In this document: positions 20,486 through 33,299 of the stretch, one piece after another
How the letters are laid out: the number at the start of each line of letters is the position of its first letter
How positions within the stretch are numbered: the stretch's first letter is position 1
Source of the DNA: Perkinsus chesapeaki ATCC PRA-425
Lineage: Eukaryota; Protista; Perkinsozoa
Direction: 5' to 3'
Length of the DNA: 38,896 nt
Assembly (NCBI GenBank): GCA_013115145.1
Contig: JAAPAO010000328.1
Coordinates: 1-38,896 of the forward strand
Position numbers and translations under genes: made by a program
Notes under the pieces: model-generated
Told to the model about the DNA's origin: nothing
What the model saw: the letters and a program-made list of their open reading frames with translations, nothing else
Databases searched by the model: none

Positions 20486-23241
20486 ATGATGCCGTTCGCG
20501 CTTCTTTTCTTTGCTGTTCATTGGCTGCACCAGGACTCCTGGTCCTGGTCCAGGAGGTAGCTGTTAAGGCTCAACCTCCAAGCTCTAAGAAGTGGGACCA
20601 AGCCTGTCGCGATGTTATGAAGCGAGATTCATATTGTATGTTCTACAAGGATGATTCCGGTGCGGTATGCCATGGCAGTGATCCTCCGATACCATGTGGT
20701 CCAGCTAATACAGCCAACCTGCCCATCATTCCACCGCCACCTGGTTTTGATGAATGCCGTCGCCTCCATCCTTCTGAAGGCCGCACAATTTTACAAGTGC
20801 TCGATGATAACGATGAGAATAACTTTCTGTGGGGGAAAACAGATGATATAACTAAATGTCTGAACAGTCTGTCCATTACCAACTTCAATGCCCTCTTCAC
20901 GCTCCACAACCTCAAGTATGGTTTGGCTGAGACCTACTCCTTTGTTGATATCGCTAATGGTTTAAACAATTCTGTTGAATCCAATACTTGTGGATTCAAG
21001 AAATATTCCCTTGATGTCGATATCAATGGGTTCATCGATGGTAAGATCAAGGAGTACTCTGATGCGCTAGATCCGATGACCCCAGAGGAACAAAAGAGTT
21101 TCCTGATGAAGAGCATCCCAGCGGCACATTTCCACTTGGCTCTGCAACGTGAAGTGAATCGTCTCAATGATGCTCATACTCTCTACCTCCCACCTTTAGG
21201 GAGCTTCTACTATGTCCTTCCTATTCGATTCAACTCGGGTATGATGGATGGCGCTCAGATAGTCACTCTTGATATGTTGCCGGATCTTGAGAATCGTTAT
21301 AGTGAAGTTTACGGCAGGAAGGCGACAATCCATAAGAATGGTGATATTATAGTGGCGGTGGATGGTAAACCTGTTCTCGAGTGGATGCAAGAAATGGTCT
21401 CTGACGATGGTCCTTATGTCGGTATTTACCAAGGTTCTTTGCAGCGACTGAACAGTGTCTTCTTCGTCACAGCCGTCCTACAAAGGTCTGTGAGATTTAA
21501 CCCACCACCGGAAGAACCATTAAACATAACCTTCGCTGATGGGTCGACTGAAACTATTAATTGGTTGGCAAGGGTGAGCGACTACACCAAGTCGGTTGGA
21601 GATGATGCTGTTAGTACACTGTTCTTTGACGCCTTGATTAACACGAACCCTCTCTTTGATAGAACGGTGAAGTTCGAGACCGAGTTCTACTCGAAGAAGG
21701 ATGGTTCTTTATGGAGCCTCGCTGACGAATCATCGACTAATGGCTTCGATCGAGAAGTGATGAACAGACTCGCAACTTCGCAGCTCGGCGTACATACTCG
21801 GGAAGAGCTGACTGCATCCACATATACTAGACTGGCATTGGAGGCGTCTCCGGGTGTTTCCGAAACGACAGTTAATTGGACGCAAGGCGTTGGTTTCCAA
21901 TATGCCTTGCTTGATGATACTGTTGTGGTCTTCGTTCCAAACTTTGTTCCTGGCCGTACAGAAGAAGAGGAACTCTACAAAGGTTTCTCGAAAGTGCAAG
22001 ACTTTGCCCGTGAGAACAACGTTACAAGGTTATTGTTTGATGTGTCATCTAATGGTGGAGGATCGGTACTCTCTACTTGGGCACTACAGTGGTATGTTCT
22101 TGGGCCTGCGGTCGACGATATATGTTTCCAGAGTATCTTTCATATGACCGACAATTGGAAATCTTGAGTAAACTCCTTTAGTGTGAATTTTAATGATACT
22201 ATTGACCAATTCTTCGAGGAGAACCCAAATCTTGTTGGGGACCCTGGTTTTATCCACGAAAGATTTCAACAACTCTATCTTCTTGTCAACTACGCTGAAC
22301 GATTACTGTCTACTCCTGGAGACCCAGCGGGGGTAGAGGCTCCCGAGGTTGCTCGTTTGAAGGAGATTGAGAAGATGATATTATCGGAAAGCACAGCTTC
22401 AGACCGAGCGAAGTCCTTCCATGTATTCCTCAAAGGCCGCTCTTTCCTCGATAAAAACTCCACCCTAGGTAGACAGCTCCTTCCTCAACATGGATGGTAT
22501 CTTTTCGATGGAAGCGAGTTGGTGCAGCCCACTACGTGGCAACCTTTTGATCCACCGCTAAGCCAGTTCACTGATTACAAAGTACGCGAATGGGGCAAAC
22601 CTTCCAACTACTCCGCTAGAGGTGTTTGGGAATTCTGTAATTCTCTGCTGAGCGAGACCATGTCGGAGATAGTCGAGCCAAATTATGATAAGAACTATTG
22701 GACAGACGTCGCCTTTGTCACTGATGGCAACTGTGGTTCGGCATGCTCTGACTTTACGCAAGTACTTCAACTCACCGGCAAAGCAACTGCTTTCAACTTT
22801 GGTGCGTTGGCCGATCAACCAATGGATGTTGCCTCCTTCGGTGGTGGATTTGTCTACGAGTATGATGATATCACTTCTTTGCTGAACATTGCCAGTCATC
22901 TTGGTTATTGGGCAACATTCGGGCAAGCTGAATGGTCGAAGGAACGAAAGAACTCTTGGCTGAACAAGCCGATACCCTTTCCTAGTAGTGCGCGAGCTCG
23001 TTACACCTGGAGCCTGGATTTCGCACCCCGTCTTGGACAGGATGCTCTACCACGACAGTTCTACATCATACCTCCCCATAAGCATCTGAATATGTGGGCT
23101 AGGAATCTATAGGAGAGAGTTGCTATCCACAAGGAGATTGTGGGTTATAAGAACTGGACTCATATACGAATAAATCCACAATTCCGTGACTTTGGTTATT
23201 GCCCAGCTTATGCTGATGATTCTAGTGAAGTCGACGAGTAG
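20486..23241 (+). pseudogene. Secreted peptidase S41-like gene, probably pseudogenised (1-bp frameshift plus two in-frame stops), intronless
   Basis: S41-like motifs DTVVVFVPNF, RLLFDVSSNGGGSV and VAFVTDGNCGSACSDF. ORFs 20425-22167 and 22183-23112 are in the same frame, separated by TGA 22165-22167; coding-like sequence continues past TAG 23110-23112 to TAG 23239-23241. The only plausible ATG (20486) is one base out of frame. Confidence 0.7.
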
Positions 23242-24348
23242 GCAGTCAAGCATGCCCCTTTTTTATGTGTACCAAGAGCAGTGAGCAGCTCTTTAAACTT
23301 CACACGTTGGTGTGAGTGGTCTATGGTACTCTTGGCCAAAAGTTTACCCTTGTATTAGTTCCGTAAAAGGGTGGCCTCTACTCAGGAAGTTGTGCTTATA
23401 TGATTACTCGGGAAGTTTCGCTTCCACGATTTCTCAGCTATTTATTTTCTTTGAGGGCGACATCACTCATTATCATAGCAACCTGTTTTCAGTTATCAGC
23501 TCGATCAGACTTGTGTTGGTAATAAAGCTTTGTTGGTCGATTACCGAGTGGCCCGATGTGGGATGGAGTGGAGATCCACAGAGGAACCAGAGTCTCCTTT
23601 TTAGGCTATGAAGTAGTCAGAAGTACAGCGAGATGTGTCATCTCTATCCATCATAGTACTTCCGTTGTATGTAAGTCTATCCTATATTCGGGATCGCGAC
23701 GTATAAGCTGCGCTATTCCCGTGGCGGGAACCCTGTGCGCTTCGGGACCACTCCAGAATAGGAGACTTTTTTGTGGATCGCTTATGCCTCTTGCGAGTCG
23801 CGTCACAAGAAGTCTAATAAGACCTCATCTGTTCAAGGATCTGGTGGGCACAGTGGCCGTCCCAGCTTAACAGTATGCTCTGTGCATCCCGAATGCTACC
23901 ACACGACCGAACCCTCTACGTAGAAGCGGAACAACCGCGGAGTAATTTTCTTGGCTGCTGCTATACATGTGTGGTAATGTAGAGAACTGGGTGCTAGCTA
24001 GCCGGCGGACAACGCGAGGTTGATTGGATTATGTTGTGGTGTGGTTTCACGCATCCGTTAGCTTCCTGCGCGTGCGCCGTTTGGGAAGGCCCAATTGTTG
24101 TGAAAAGTTAGTCCTTTCTTTCAGCGAGCCGTGTCATATTTGAAGCCGGTGTTACCCCGGTGAGAAGCATCCGAGATGCTGCATCCTCTCGAAACGTGGA
24201 AGCCCGCTTTCCACTACGGAATCCTTTATTGACTTTACGGACTCTGAACACTCTGACCAGCAGCTGAAACGAAGGTGTATGAAACCGATGCAATTGTACT
24301 GTAAATGTGGGATATTACGGCAGATAGGACTGAAGACATCGAATCTTG

Positions 24349-27300
24349 TTAGCCGAGCTGATCAGTAAACCACAAGTCTAAGCCATTATGTCGACATCAG
24401 CTCACCAAGTCGAGGAGGTCATCGTAATCAACACTAGATTTGGAATTCTTCTGCCCGCCGCTGCTGCTTGGGGCTTCCTTCATATTCACTTCGTTGATTT
24501 GCTGGTCCGTATCCTCCCGATGATCGAAGAGGCCGAAAATATCAGCGAAAGCATCACTAGGAGGTGGCGAGCTCATGGGCATCCTCGAATCGCTGATCTG
24601 TGAGGGCCTTTGCTCCTCCTGGATGCTTCGGACCGGGGGCGTGACCCATGGTGTCGGAACAGACGGTGGACGATAACTACTTGAGGATTGTTGAAGCTTA
24701 TCTGAAAGAATAATAATTCAGCCAACTTTTACCAAGTACAACACCTCCTTTATGAAACTCCAAATTGACTGTCTCTTTTGAAACTGTCGGTCGGGCCGAT
24801 GAAGTGTTTCGACTCTTTCCTGCAGCAATCGACGCAGCTGCGTTCGTGAAAAACGTCTTCATCGATTCACCGCCTGCTTTGACATTCTTATTAGATTTCA
24901 AAGATTCCCAAAAAGAGAAACCAGATGCCCTCGAAGCGTCCCCAACAGGCTCTTCCGAAGCTGCTGCTGACGGCGGTGGTGGTGGAACAACCAAGGAGGA
25001 GTTCGACCGAGAATCATCATCCGTTTCTCGTCGTCCTTCACCGGCCAACCCCAAGGGTTGCTCGGCCACATTTACCGCAACCGCTTGATGAGGCTCAGCA
25101 GCAGATACTTCTGTCAGCTCACGAAACCGGGGCTCGAAAGCGGAAGTGTCGGAATCCCCCGGACCATTTACCAGCGTTCTTCCTGTTAGTTTTTCCTGGT
25201 TAATCGGCTTAGGATGAGCAACCTCATCTGTTACGTTAGCGCTCGATAGCATTACTGGGGATGAGCCACCTTGATGCTTAACTGATGCCGAAGAAGTGCC
25301 CTTGTCGATATGTACCGCTGGCGATGTCATATCGTCATCAACTTCGAAGGAGTAAGGCTTTGAGGCGACAGCCTCTCCTGTAGCATCACTCTGCTCCGGC
25401 GGTCGAGTGGCAACCTCACTCGTAGCCTTCAGAGTCAGGGGGATAGCCGACACTTGCTGGGAGGCAACGTGAGCAGAGGTCGCACTAATTGAGGCGCCAC
25501 TGCTGATATTAGATTCGGGTATCGATATCTTCACGGCATCACCTTCCTCTTCATTGGCATCCTCTACAAGCAGATCACTTCGCGAAGTAAACTCGTAGTC
25601 GTCGTCTGATGACTTCAAATGATCACGTTCAAAGTACATTGAGGAGAGCACATCGCTGGTCTGACTGCTCATGGCCAGTTCTGTGTCTTCCTCCAAAGGT
25701 CCACCAATGCACGTGGTTGGATAGGCTTGTGCTCGTGGTGAAGGGGAAGCGTCTATTGCCTCCGGCATGGTCGGTATGCAATCAACGCTTGTCGTCGGCA
25801 TCATGTCCGATGCCAATTCGGTAGATATCCTTCCCTCTCGATCAACCGAGTGCAACAGCTCATTCTCACGCTGTGTTACAGCATCAGTCATTGAAGCAGC
25901 ACCAACGGACACCTTGGGCACACACTCAGGAGTATCACCGTGGTCTGTAGCCTGTGTCACTCGTAACTCATCCCTGACAATCTGGGGTGCATCCTCGAGG
26001 GTGTCAGTAGCTGCGGTATCACCGGCAAGCAGTTCATTAACCTCCTCATCGTCAGTTCCATCAACGCCACTAATTTCCTCAACCGTTGGCGTATCTTCTA
26101 CTACTGGATTCGCCTCATTGATCGACCTAGTAGCCACGTCCTCATGATTGGCAGACTTTTCACCATCAGCGGCAGCAGCAAAGGGAATTTCGGATGCATG
26201 CGGCGGAGAACTATCGCCCTTCTTGGTTACCAAATCAACGGCACCAGCTTGCATACCGCCCTCGCCTCCGCCGCCGCCGCCCATATAAGAGCGAAGCCTG
26301 GCCGTCTCGTCATCGTACCCAGTGACTAGGCATTCATCACTGTCGTTATACTGTGCCATGTTATAATAACTGGTATCATCTCTGACAGTATGACCAGCAA
26401 TGTTCTCTGCCTCGGTTCGACCCTTGATCACAAGCAGCTCGTCCGATACATCTTGACATTGCCTTGATGCTCCATCGCTACTAGCAGCAATCTCATCCGA
26501 CGCATCGGTCCCTGTTAAATAATTAACTCTCGGCTGGGCGTCGGATGGAGCGTCTGGTCTCTCTGATCCGCCATCCTCTCTAAGAATAACGTTTTCGTCA
26601 CACGTCATTCCAGTGCCATCAACCGATGGAGCTGTCAGTTGCCCATTGCCACCTCCTTTGGATGTGTTATCGTTGCCATCAGTGCTGGTAATCAAGGCCT
26701 CCTCCGCGCCGGTAGTCAGCACCGTCATGTTGATGGTTCGCAAGATCGGGACCGCGAGTTCGGAGGGTCCAGTAGATGCCCGTTCCGTCTCGGCATTTTC
26801 ATTATCAATTACCGCGTCTCTCGTGACGCTAAGCGCCGACTCGGAATGTACCTTGCTAATGGCGGCAGCATCGGGAGGGTAACTAACTTCGACCAGATGC
26901 TCGGGTGCCGAACTCAGCCCATTACGAGCTTCGTCGATGATACCGTCGCGATCTTTCAGAAGGGCTCTTGCGTCCCTCGAGGAGGACCTCCTTCTCGTTG
27001 GTGAGGTGAGCAGTGCCGTCGGTGTAGCATCATCACTTGACGATGAGCATGCCGATGGCGACCGATCAGAGTGGTCTGTTCCTTCCAGAGACGCCACTGC
27101 TGCGAAGGTGTCGGCCACCATTGATTGAATGTCTGCCGTCGAATGCTCCGGTGGAGGGTGGCTCTCCGCTTGGTCAGCTTTGCCGAGCTCCCTCATCCAT
27201 GCCTCCACTGAGCTGTCGCCGTCTGACGGCGGAGGAGGAGGAGGGGGAGGTGTCGGAGCAGCAGCTTCGGTGGGTACGCCAAGACTAATGACGCCTTGTC

Positions 27301-29076
27301 GAGCATTCGCCTGCGCTCCGCCACTGACCGCGGCTGAGATGCCACCGACAAACGAGGTGAAGAACTTGGATGACGATTCACCAAGTTTGCTAGATATCCT
27401 CGAGGCCGTGGCAGCAGTCGAATCCATCACTCGCTTCAGGTTCTCATCGTAAACGTTCCCCTTCGCCGGAGCGGAGCCAGCGCTGGCTCCAAGCGCGTGC
27501 GGCGAGCCACCGCTTGCCGGTTGAGGCCGATAATGCTTCCTTAATGTTGCCGATGCCGCATCAACCGCTGGCATGTTCGTCTTGATCAGTTCCGTGAGCG
27601 ACGCCAACGACGGCCGGCCTGAGGAATTGATCATAGGAGCATTATCATCAGCATCGTGCTTACCGTCTGGATCAGAGCCATATTGCATTACTCGTCGAAC
27701 TATCTCTTCGAGGATATCTTTCGAAGTCTCCAAATCGTTCGCATCGACGTCGCCAGCTCCTCCTCCTCCCCCTCCTCCTGTCGAACAAGCTTTCCACAAG
27801 TCTAGCAGCAGCAGCTTACCTTCCTTCATTTTTCTAGAGCTGCTTACCCTTATTTCCCCACCTCTATTCCGAATGCTCTTAACTCTTTCACTTTGCTCCT
27901 TCATCCTTCTACCGTCATCATACGCGAGGATCAGGGCCGGTAGGATACCACGCCCCGCCGCACCCTCACTTTGCCGCATTTTAGGCAGAACAGCTACGAG
28001 CGCTGACCACTGGGATAGGAAACAAAAGTAAAGCGAAGATGGAATGGCAGATTCCTCTACCTGCGCGAGAGACAGTCTCTCGAGGGGCTCCTCCCAGTTC
28101 TTAAATGAAGCATTGCCGCCTTCCTGACCAACCGCGACGGTGACACTATCATCATCATCCGCCAGTGGAGAGTCTGCGGCTACCACTGGTGACCATGTTA
28201 GAAAGTGCGCGATGGCCGCCAGACACCAGACGTCTGAGTTCTGTCCAGGCTGGTCGATCGCCTGGCTGGGGCAAAACAACCCCATCAGCAATGATGTTAA
28301 AGCTGGACCGAACACTGTGCGGAAAATGGTCTCGGGTGGCCACGAGCGATAAGCGGACGGAGAACTGAATACAGCTTCAGTAGCGAAGGTCGAGGCAGAT
28401 GGTGGCAGGCAACTGCAGATGCCTACGAGCAGGGATGACGTGTCAAGATGATAGTCAACAGCCCGAACAGTTGGCGTGATCCTGAAATAAACCCAAGTGA
28501 GATCGACAATGCTTTCGTGGGTTACCTTAGACCATCCTTTCCTTCACGTATTAGGATATCTTGGAAGGATAGCAGACCGCTATATGTGACGCCCGCGTGA
28601 TGAAGGCACCGCAAAGCCTTGGCGAGTCGATAGGTGAATATTAAACCGAAGTCAGAGTCACTATTCACACTGTTGCCAGCGATAACCATTTTATTATATT
28701 CCTCCTCGGTCAATCCCTTCCTCTTAGCAGACTCGGCAGAAATAAGGCTAGATGCTCGCTGGATGTCCTTCAGAGGTTCACCGTCAGCATCATCAAAGCA
28801 CTCTGTGACAAGATAGAAGCACCCAGCAGTTGCTTGACAAACACCAAGTATCTTCACCAAGTCCTCAGCCCCATCCTCAGATTCCAGACGACACAGCCTG
28901 GTTAGTGTATTAACCCACACTGCTGATCGTTTCATTTGTATTCTGGCGGCGCCGACGTTGATAGTGCCTCGCGGTGGACTGGAAGGCAACGGCAAGAGAC
29001 GGATGTTGGTGCTTTCCTTTCCGGTCGGACGGTGCAGTACTCCTCTGAAGCTTCCTCCAGATAAATGAAGTCGCTG

Positions 29077-29114
<38 letters not shown>

Positions 29115-30256
29115 TTGAGGACATACAAACTTCCACTGTATTCCTATCGACCTCTCTTCTGCCGGGTTGCCATTCCGGCATCAGAAGACCTTCGGGAATT
29201 ATGTCTCCCCAGGACTCTTTACTGTACTGTTCCCTGTGCCCAGTATCATCCATCTCCTCCTCCTCCTTCTGAGCTGCCTCCACCAGGGAGCCCATCGCAG
29301 CGTTATAGTCGTGGTTCAACCAATAGCAGTCATCGCTCTCATCCCCACACCACTGTCGAGTCGCCGTCACATCCGAGCCTCTCAACCTGGCCACCACCGA
29401 CCCGGAGGAAGTAGCGGTGATGCTGAGGAGGTTATTCTCCAGCTTCCCACATCTGTGATTGCCTATGATGCACTCCACAACTCCTCCCGTCTCATTCTCC
29501 GGGACGGTCGGGAAGAATGCTCCCATGCCCCAGGGAGAACCCCTTTCGATGTCACCAATATAACAGGCACCATTTGAGTAGAGCAGGGCTCCAATGCCCT
29601 CTGGCATCTGCCAAAAAAAGAAGGAAGAATTGATCTATTCCAAAACGACTAAGAGAATCGATCGATGAGAAAACACGATCGAAACCTTCCAGCAGTATTA
29701 TCCCTACACGATACCACCTCGTCATTTTATCACGAAATTTTCTAAATGCGGACAGTTCACCATCCATCTTTATATATCCATGACGTCTTATCCTATTAGG
29801 AGTGCAATAATGTTAAGTTAATGACCACATCTATAGTGAATAGTATTATATTATTCTCAAACAGTTATTGGGATTCCCACCCTACCCCGTTCGGTGCCCA
29901 CTCGCCCTCGTATGCTGATGGCATGGCAATGGACAAGGTTTCCAAACCATTTATGGAGTAATAGTCATCATTAAATACCAACACCTCAGCTCGCCAACTC
30001 GGATCATCTCGACGGTAAGCTTGCATTCGATACTTTGGAAGAAGATCTATCCGACTTCGGTCCACTTCATCCGACCCCAGCTTCGACGCCGAATCCTTCA
30101 CCGAGGAGAAGTACCTCTCGGAGATGGCCTACATAATGCACTGCATTCACCTCTACTGGCAGTTGCTACCTGGTCAGCTTCATGCCCCTTTCTCATCTCC
30201 TTCTCACTTGGACATGGCTCCTCCGTGAAACTGACAATGCTGGGGGATGCTCCCAT
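24349..30256 (-). CDS. Large multi-exon protein: putative N-myristoylation signal, MORN-like repeats, pseudokinase domain, ~1000-aa low-complexity tail
   Basis: Start MGASPS; YEGEWAPNG and LLYSNGACYIGDIERGSPWGMG (MORN-like); kinase-like LSGGSFRGV, KILGVC..FYLVTE, LAKALRCLHHAGVTYSGLLSFQDILI, VRAVDYHL, WPPE, SDVWCLA. Intron 28482-28525 joins the 28522-29607 and 24698-28315 frames; last exons end DDLLDLLG-TAA. Some 5' junctions are uncertain. Confidence 0.75.
29078..29113. repeat. (GAT)12 microsatellite encoding poly-Ser on the minus strand
   Basis: Twelve perfect GAT units inside the MORN-pseudokinase exon, just before the G-loop-like motif. Confidence 0.95.
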
Positions 30257-30323
30257 GGAAAACACTCATATGTCTGAAATCTCAAACGATATGAAACACA
30301 ACTCGTAGACGAGGCCTTGGAAA

Positions 30324-31070
30324 TCATACTTGAAATGTATCTTGCAGTTTCTGTCGAAACTGATAGTCCGGAAACAGGCCGATCTTAACGTTTCCTCGAA
30401 GGCCGCCTGGCCCTCCCATACCGACAACTCCGCCCACTTCTATGGGAAGATAAGGCACCTTAAAACCAAACCCAACTTCCCGAGGTGGGATGCTATTCTG
30501 TTGCTCTAATAAGATATCTTTTGCATCCAAATCCTTCGCAGTGCGCTGCGCTTCCTCGGCTACCAATGCCGACCCCAGGCGTATCTTTTCGAGTTCCACC
30601 TCCTGCTCACTTGACCTCGAGCAGAGTGAAAGATATCTTTGCCAATCACCCCTCAACTCCTTGAGTTGTTTTCTCGTAACCCTCTCGTCTACCGTTAGCA
30701 ATCTACACCGCTTCTCGAACCATTCCTGTAACTTCGTCCATGTATCTTCATCGCACCCGGAAGAAACTATGATCCTCCAAGCCTGCCTTCGAAGCGCTCT
30801 CAACTGCACTGATAACGCCGCCCTAACCAAACTAGCATCGCTTCCCTCTTCATTCCTCATCATTGTTTCGGCAAAATTGTCCATAGGTTCATCTAACCGT
30901 ATCGCCCTCTGCGCCAGAGCCTCCGTCTCCGAGCTCGACGAAGGCCATCCTAGGAACAAGCTCCCTCCAAGCGAGACAAGACAGGTGGTTGCTGCCAGAC
31001 AGATGACCAGTATAACCGCACCACCTCGCGCTCGCCGTCTCGGAACGCCTCGAGAAGACGCAGGCATCAT
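30324..31070 (-). CDS. Hypothetical type II membrane-anchored, coiled-coil-rich protein (~248 aa), intronless
   Basis: ATG ATG at 31070 after a TTACAG acceptor-like site; basic N-terminus RRRAR then hydrophobic GGAVILVICLAATTCLVSLGGSLFLGW; charged helical region; TGA at 30324-30326. Confidence 0.6.
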   Translation of the reverse strand: MMPASSRGVPRRRARGGAVILVICLAATTCLVSLGGSLFLGWPSSSSETEALAQRAIRLDEPMDNFAETMMRNEEGSDASLVRAALSVQLRALRRQAWRIIVSSGCDEDTWTKLQEWFEKRCRLLTVDERVTRKQLKELRGDWQRYLSLCSRSSEQEVELEKIRLGSALVAEEAQRTAKDLDAKDILLEQQNSIPPREVGFGFKVPYLPIEVGGVVGMGGPGGLRGNVKIGLFPDYQFRQKLQDTFQV

Positions 31071-31092
31071 ATGTTCACCTGTAATGTAAAAA

Positions 31093-31174
31093 TGCCCCGA
31101 CAAGGAATTGAACTCGGGACGTTCGGTGTTAAAGAAACATGGACAAGACGCATATCATGTTACACCAGACGGAC
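31093..31174 (-). pseudogene. Degenerate tRNA-like element (Val-AAC-like 3' half) followed by TTTTT
   Basis: Minus strand reads GTCCGTC-TGGTGTAA...TTAACAC-CGAACGTC-CCGAG-TTCAATT-CCTTG-TCGGGGC-A-TTTTT: A-box-like and B-box-like motifs plus a Pol III-type terminator, but the stems pair poorly. Confidence 0.35.
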
Positions 31175-31303
31175 TGTTGCCAACAAGGCATTCACAGAGC
31201 TCCGGGAAGCCTCTCTCGTGCTCTCTACCATCATCCTCAGTTATAATACCCTCCTCCTCGTGGCCAGCGGAAACAAACGGATCGAAGCCCCAAAGAGACG
31301 AGT

Positions 31304-33030
31304 TCACCTGTAACCTTTGAGAAGTGTCGTCTTCAGTATAGTACCTAGGGATAATACCATATAGAAGCCAGGAAAGGTATCGGAGTTCTCCAGCTGTAAC
31401 ATACAGTAAAGGATCGAGTATTGTTGAGAAGTGATATTATTAATATGACAGATTTAGTAGAGACCAACTTTGACGATTGTCTTCTTTTTGTGCCATCCGC
31501 AATCCTATCGTAATGTCACTTCATTATTCTGCTTATCGGTCAGTTTTCACCAAACACACTACTTTTCGCTGAATACGGTAAGACTGATACCATCTCAAAC
31601 TACAAAAATGTGTCAAAGATGATTGCGTATTGTCAAACTTGTCAAACTTGCGAAAGGTGTAGTCGTGAAATGAATTACTAAATCTCCGGCGACACAATTC
31701 CTGTCTCCCTACCCTCCCTCCACATCCCTTCTCCACATACACCTTATCTCTTCGGCCCCCACATGATGAACCACCCAGGAGCCTGCCTTCACCGAACTCC
31801 ATGTCTTCTCGCAGACCGGCTCCATTGCGAACCTAACGTACCGTGTTTCCTCCCCAAAGCAAGACCCTCGACTACACAGAGTAGCTGCCGAAATCGTCCA
31901 CGATCAGAGACGGCAGGAGCCGGTCGCCATCAATGCTGGTGTAAACGGCTTGCCTCAGATGAACGCCGAGACAAGGGTCATCCCCAAACACCATGCGGAG
32001 CTTTCCGAGACTGAATATCACCCATCAGACCGGCCGCAAAGGGAAGAAGAGACTACTCTTTCAATCGAGATATCTTCCTCACAACATCTATCGACATAAC
32101 CCTCACCACACCCCTACAAATCGATGTGTATTAAACAATATATGTTGATTATATTACCGAGGATAAGTCGGGAAAGTCTCATATGGATAGATGCCCCAGG
32201 TATTATGAAAGTTATGTCCCTCATCCCGAGGGACCGGTGAAATGTAATCAATGAAGCCCCATAGATACCCAACAGACGGCCTGACTTAACCGACCAAGTT
32301 GATCAACTTGAAGTACACTACTTACCTTCGCCGTATCATGTGGATGAGGGGCTCAGGCCGCAGGTATATATCATCATCCGCTTTAATAAGCATTCTGGCC
32401 TCCACGTTACGTGCCACCCATTCGAGGAATAGTAAACCTTTCTGAGAGTTATACCTGAGAAACGAAGTGAGTACCCCCACAGACACCACTTCAAACTTAA
32501 GAACCGTCATCGCTTCGGAGTCTGCGAAAACAAGCGACGATCGGAATGCATATAGACAATGACCATACGCCAAGCTACCTGGGCGGGCCAGCCCCGACAC
32601 CGCTCGAGATGTAGGAGCAGCAGCAGCAAAGTTCATATGCTATTAGTCCTCACCCATCCCTTAACCACCTTAACCGTAGGGTAACTCCAACGCTAAACAT
32701 GACTGGTCCGAGTTACCCAGAGACGCCTTAATAATATATCTACATGTCGCCCGCAGCTCTCGGGCATTCCCTCAAATAGTATATGTCACTTCTCCTCAGC
32801 CTCCCCAGAAAATAACTTCTTCAGTTACCGGATTCCTCATCCCCTCACCAACGTATGTGAGCTACCATATGCCCCTCCATTCTTCTTATAACCCCCTTCC
32901 GATTACCTGTATCCCTCCGGCACATCCAGCAGCACAATATCGTTATAGACAGCTATCTCCTCACGCACTCGCCGACTCATATCCCCCTCCATGGCTCCAA
33001 CTCGACCAAGGAAGAACCTTGCAATTTCGA
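31304..33030 (-). CDS. Glycosyltransferase family 31 (beta-1,3-galactosyltransferase-like) catalytic exons; multi-exon, ends approximate
   Basis: FFLG..VREEIAVYNDIVLLDVPED; NSQKGLLFLEWV; LIKADDDIYLR (DxD); YLWGFI; FPTYPRG; GDDPCLGVHL; WVVHHV, in GT31 motif order. Confidence 0.8.
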
Positions 33031-33299
33031 AAAACTACCTTCTGCAGCAACCCGACTATAAAACCTTACGAATTCGATTAATATTGGAAAGCTGCTTCAA
33101 CAGCCTTCACGGATCAAGATGAACAACAAATGCAAAGTCATTTTTAACTGTCTGCACTATATAACTCACACAATTCCTGTCTATCACACAATTGTCGTAC
33201 CGTCGTATTACTAGCTTTATTTACTCTGAGATATTCTACCCATTACTAACTCCCTTTACTGCCCTATTTCGTGACTAACTATGAGCCCAATCTATAATT

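Noticed and set aside
22165-23112. Stop-codon reassignment or selenocysteine to explain the in-frame TGA/TAG in the S41 gene
   Set aside because: Other genes here terminate normally at TAG, TAA and TGA and show no internal stops; an accompanying frameshift points to decay; no SECIS was recognised.
23300-24340. Possible gene or element remnant between the S41 and pseudokinase genes
   Set aside because: Frames are interrupted by stops, with no recognisable motif or terminal repeats; not supportable.
7596-28368. Many antisense or alternate-frame ORFs overlapping the transporters, S41 and pseudokinase genes (e.g. 7596-7898, 10956-11375, 27573-28031)
   Set aside because: Typical shadow ORFs of real coding strands, without independent motifs.
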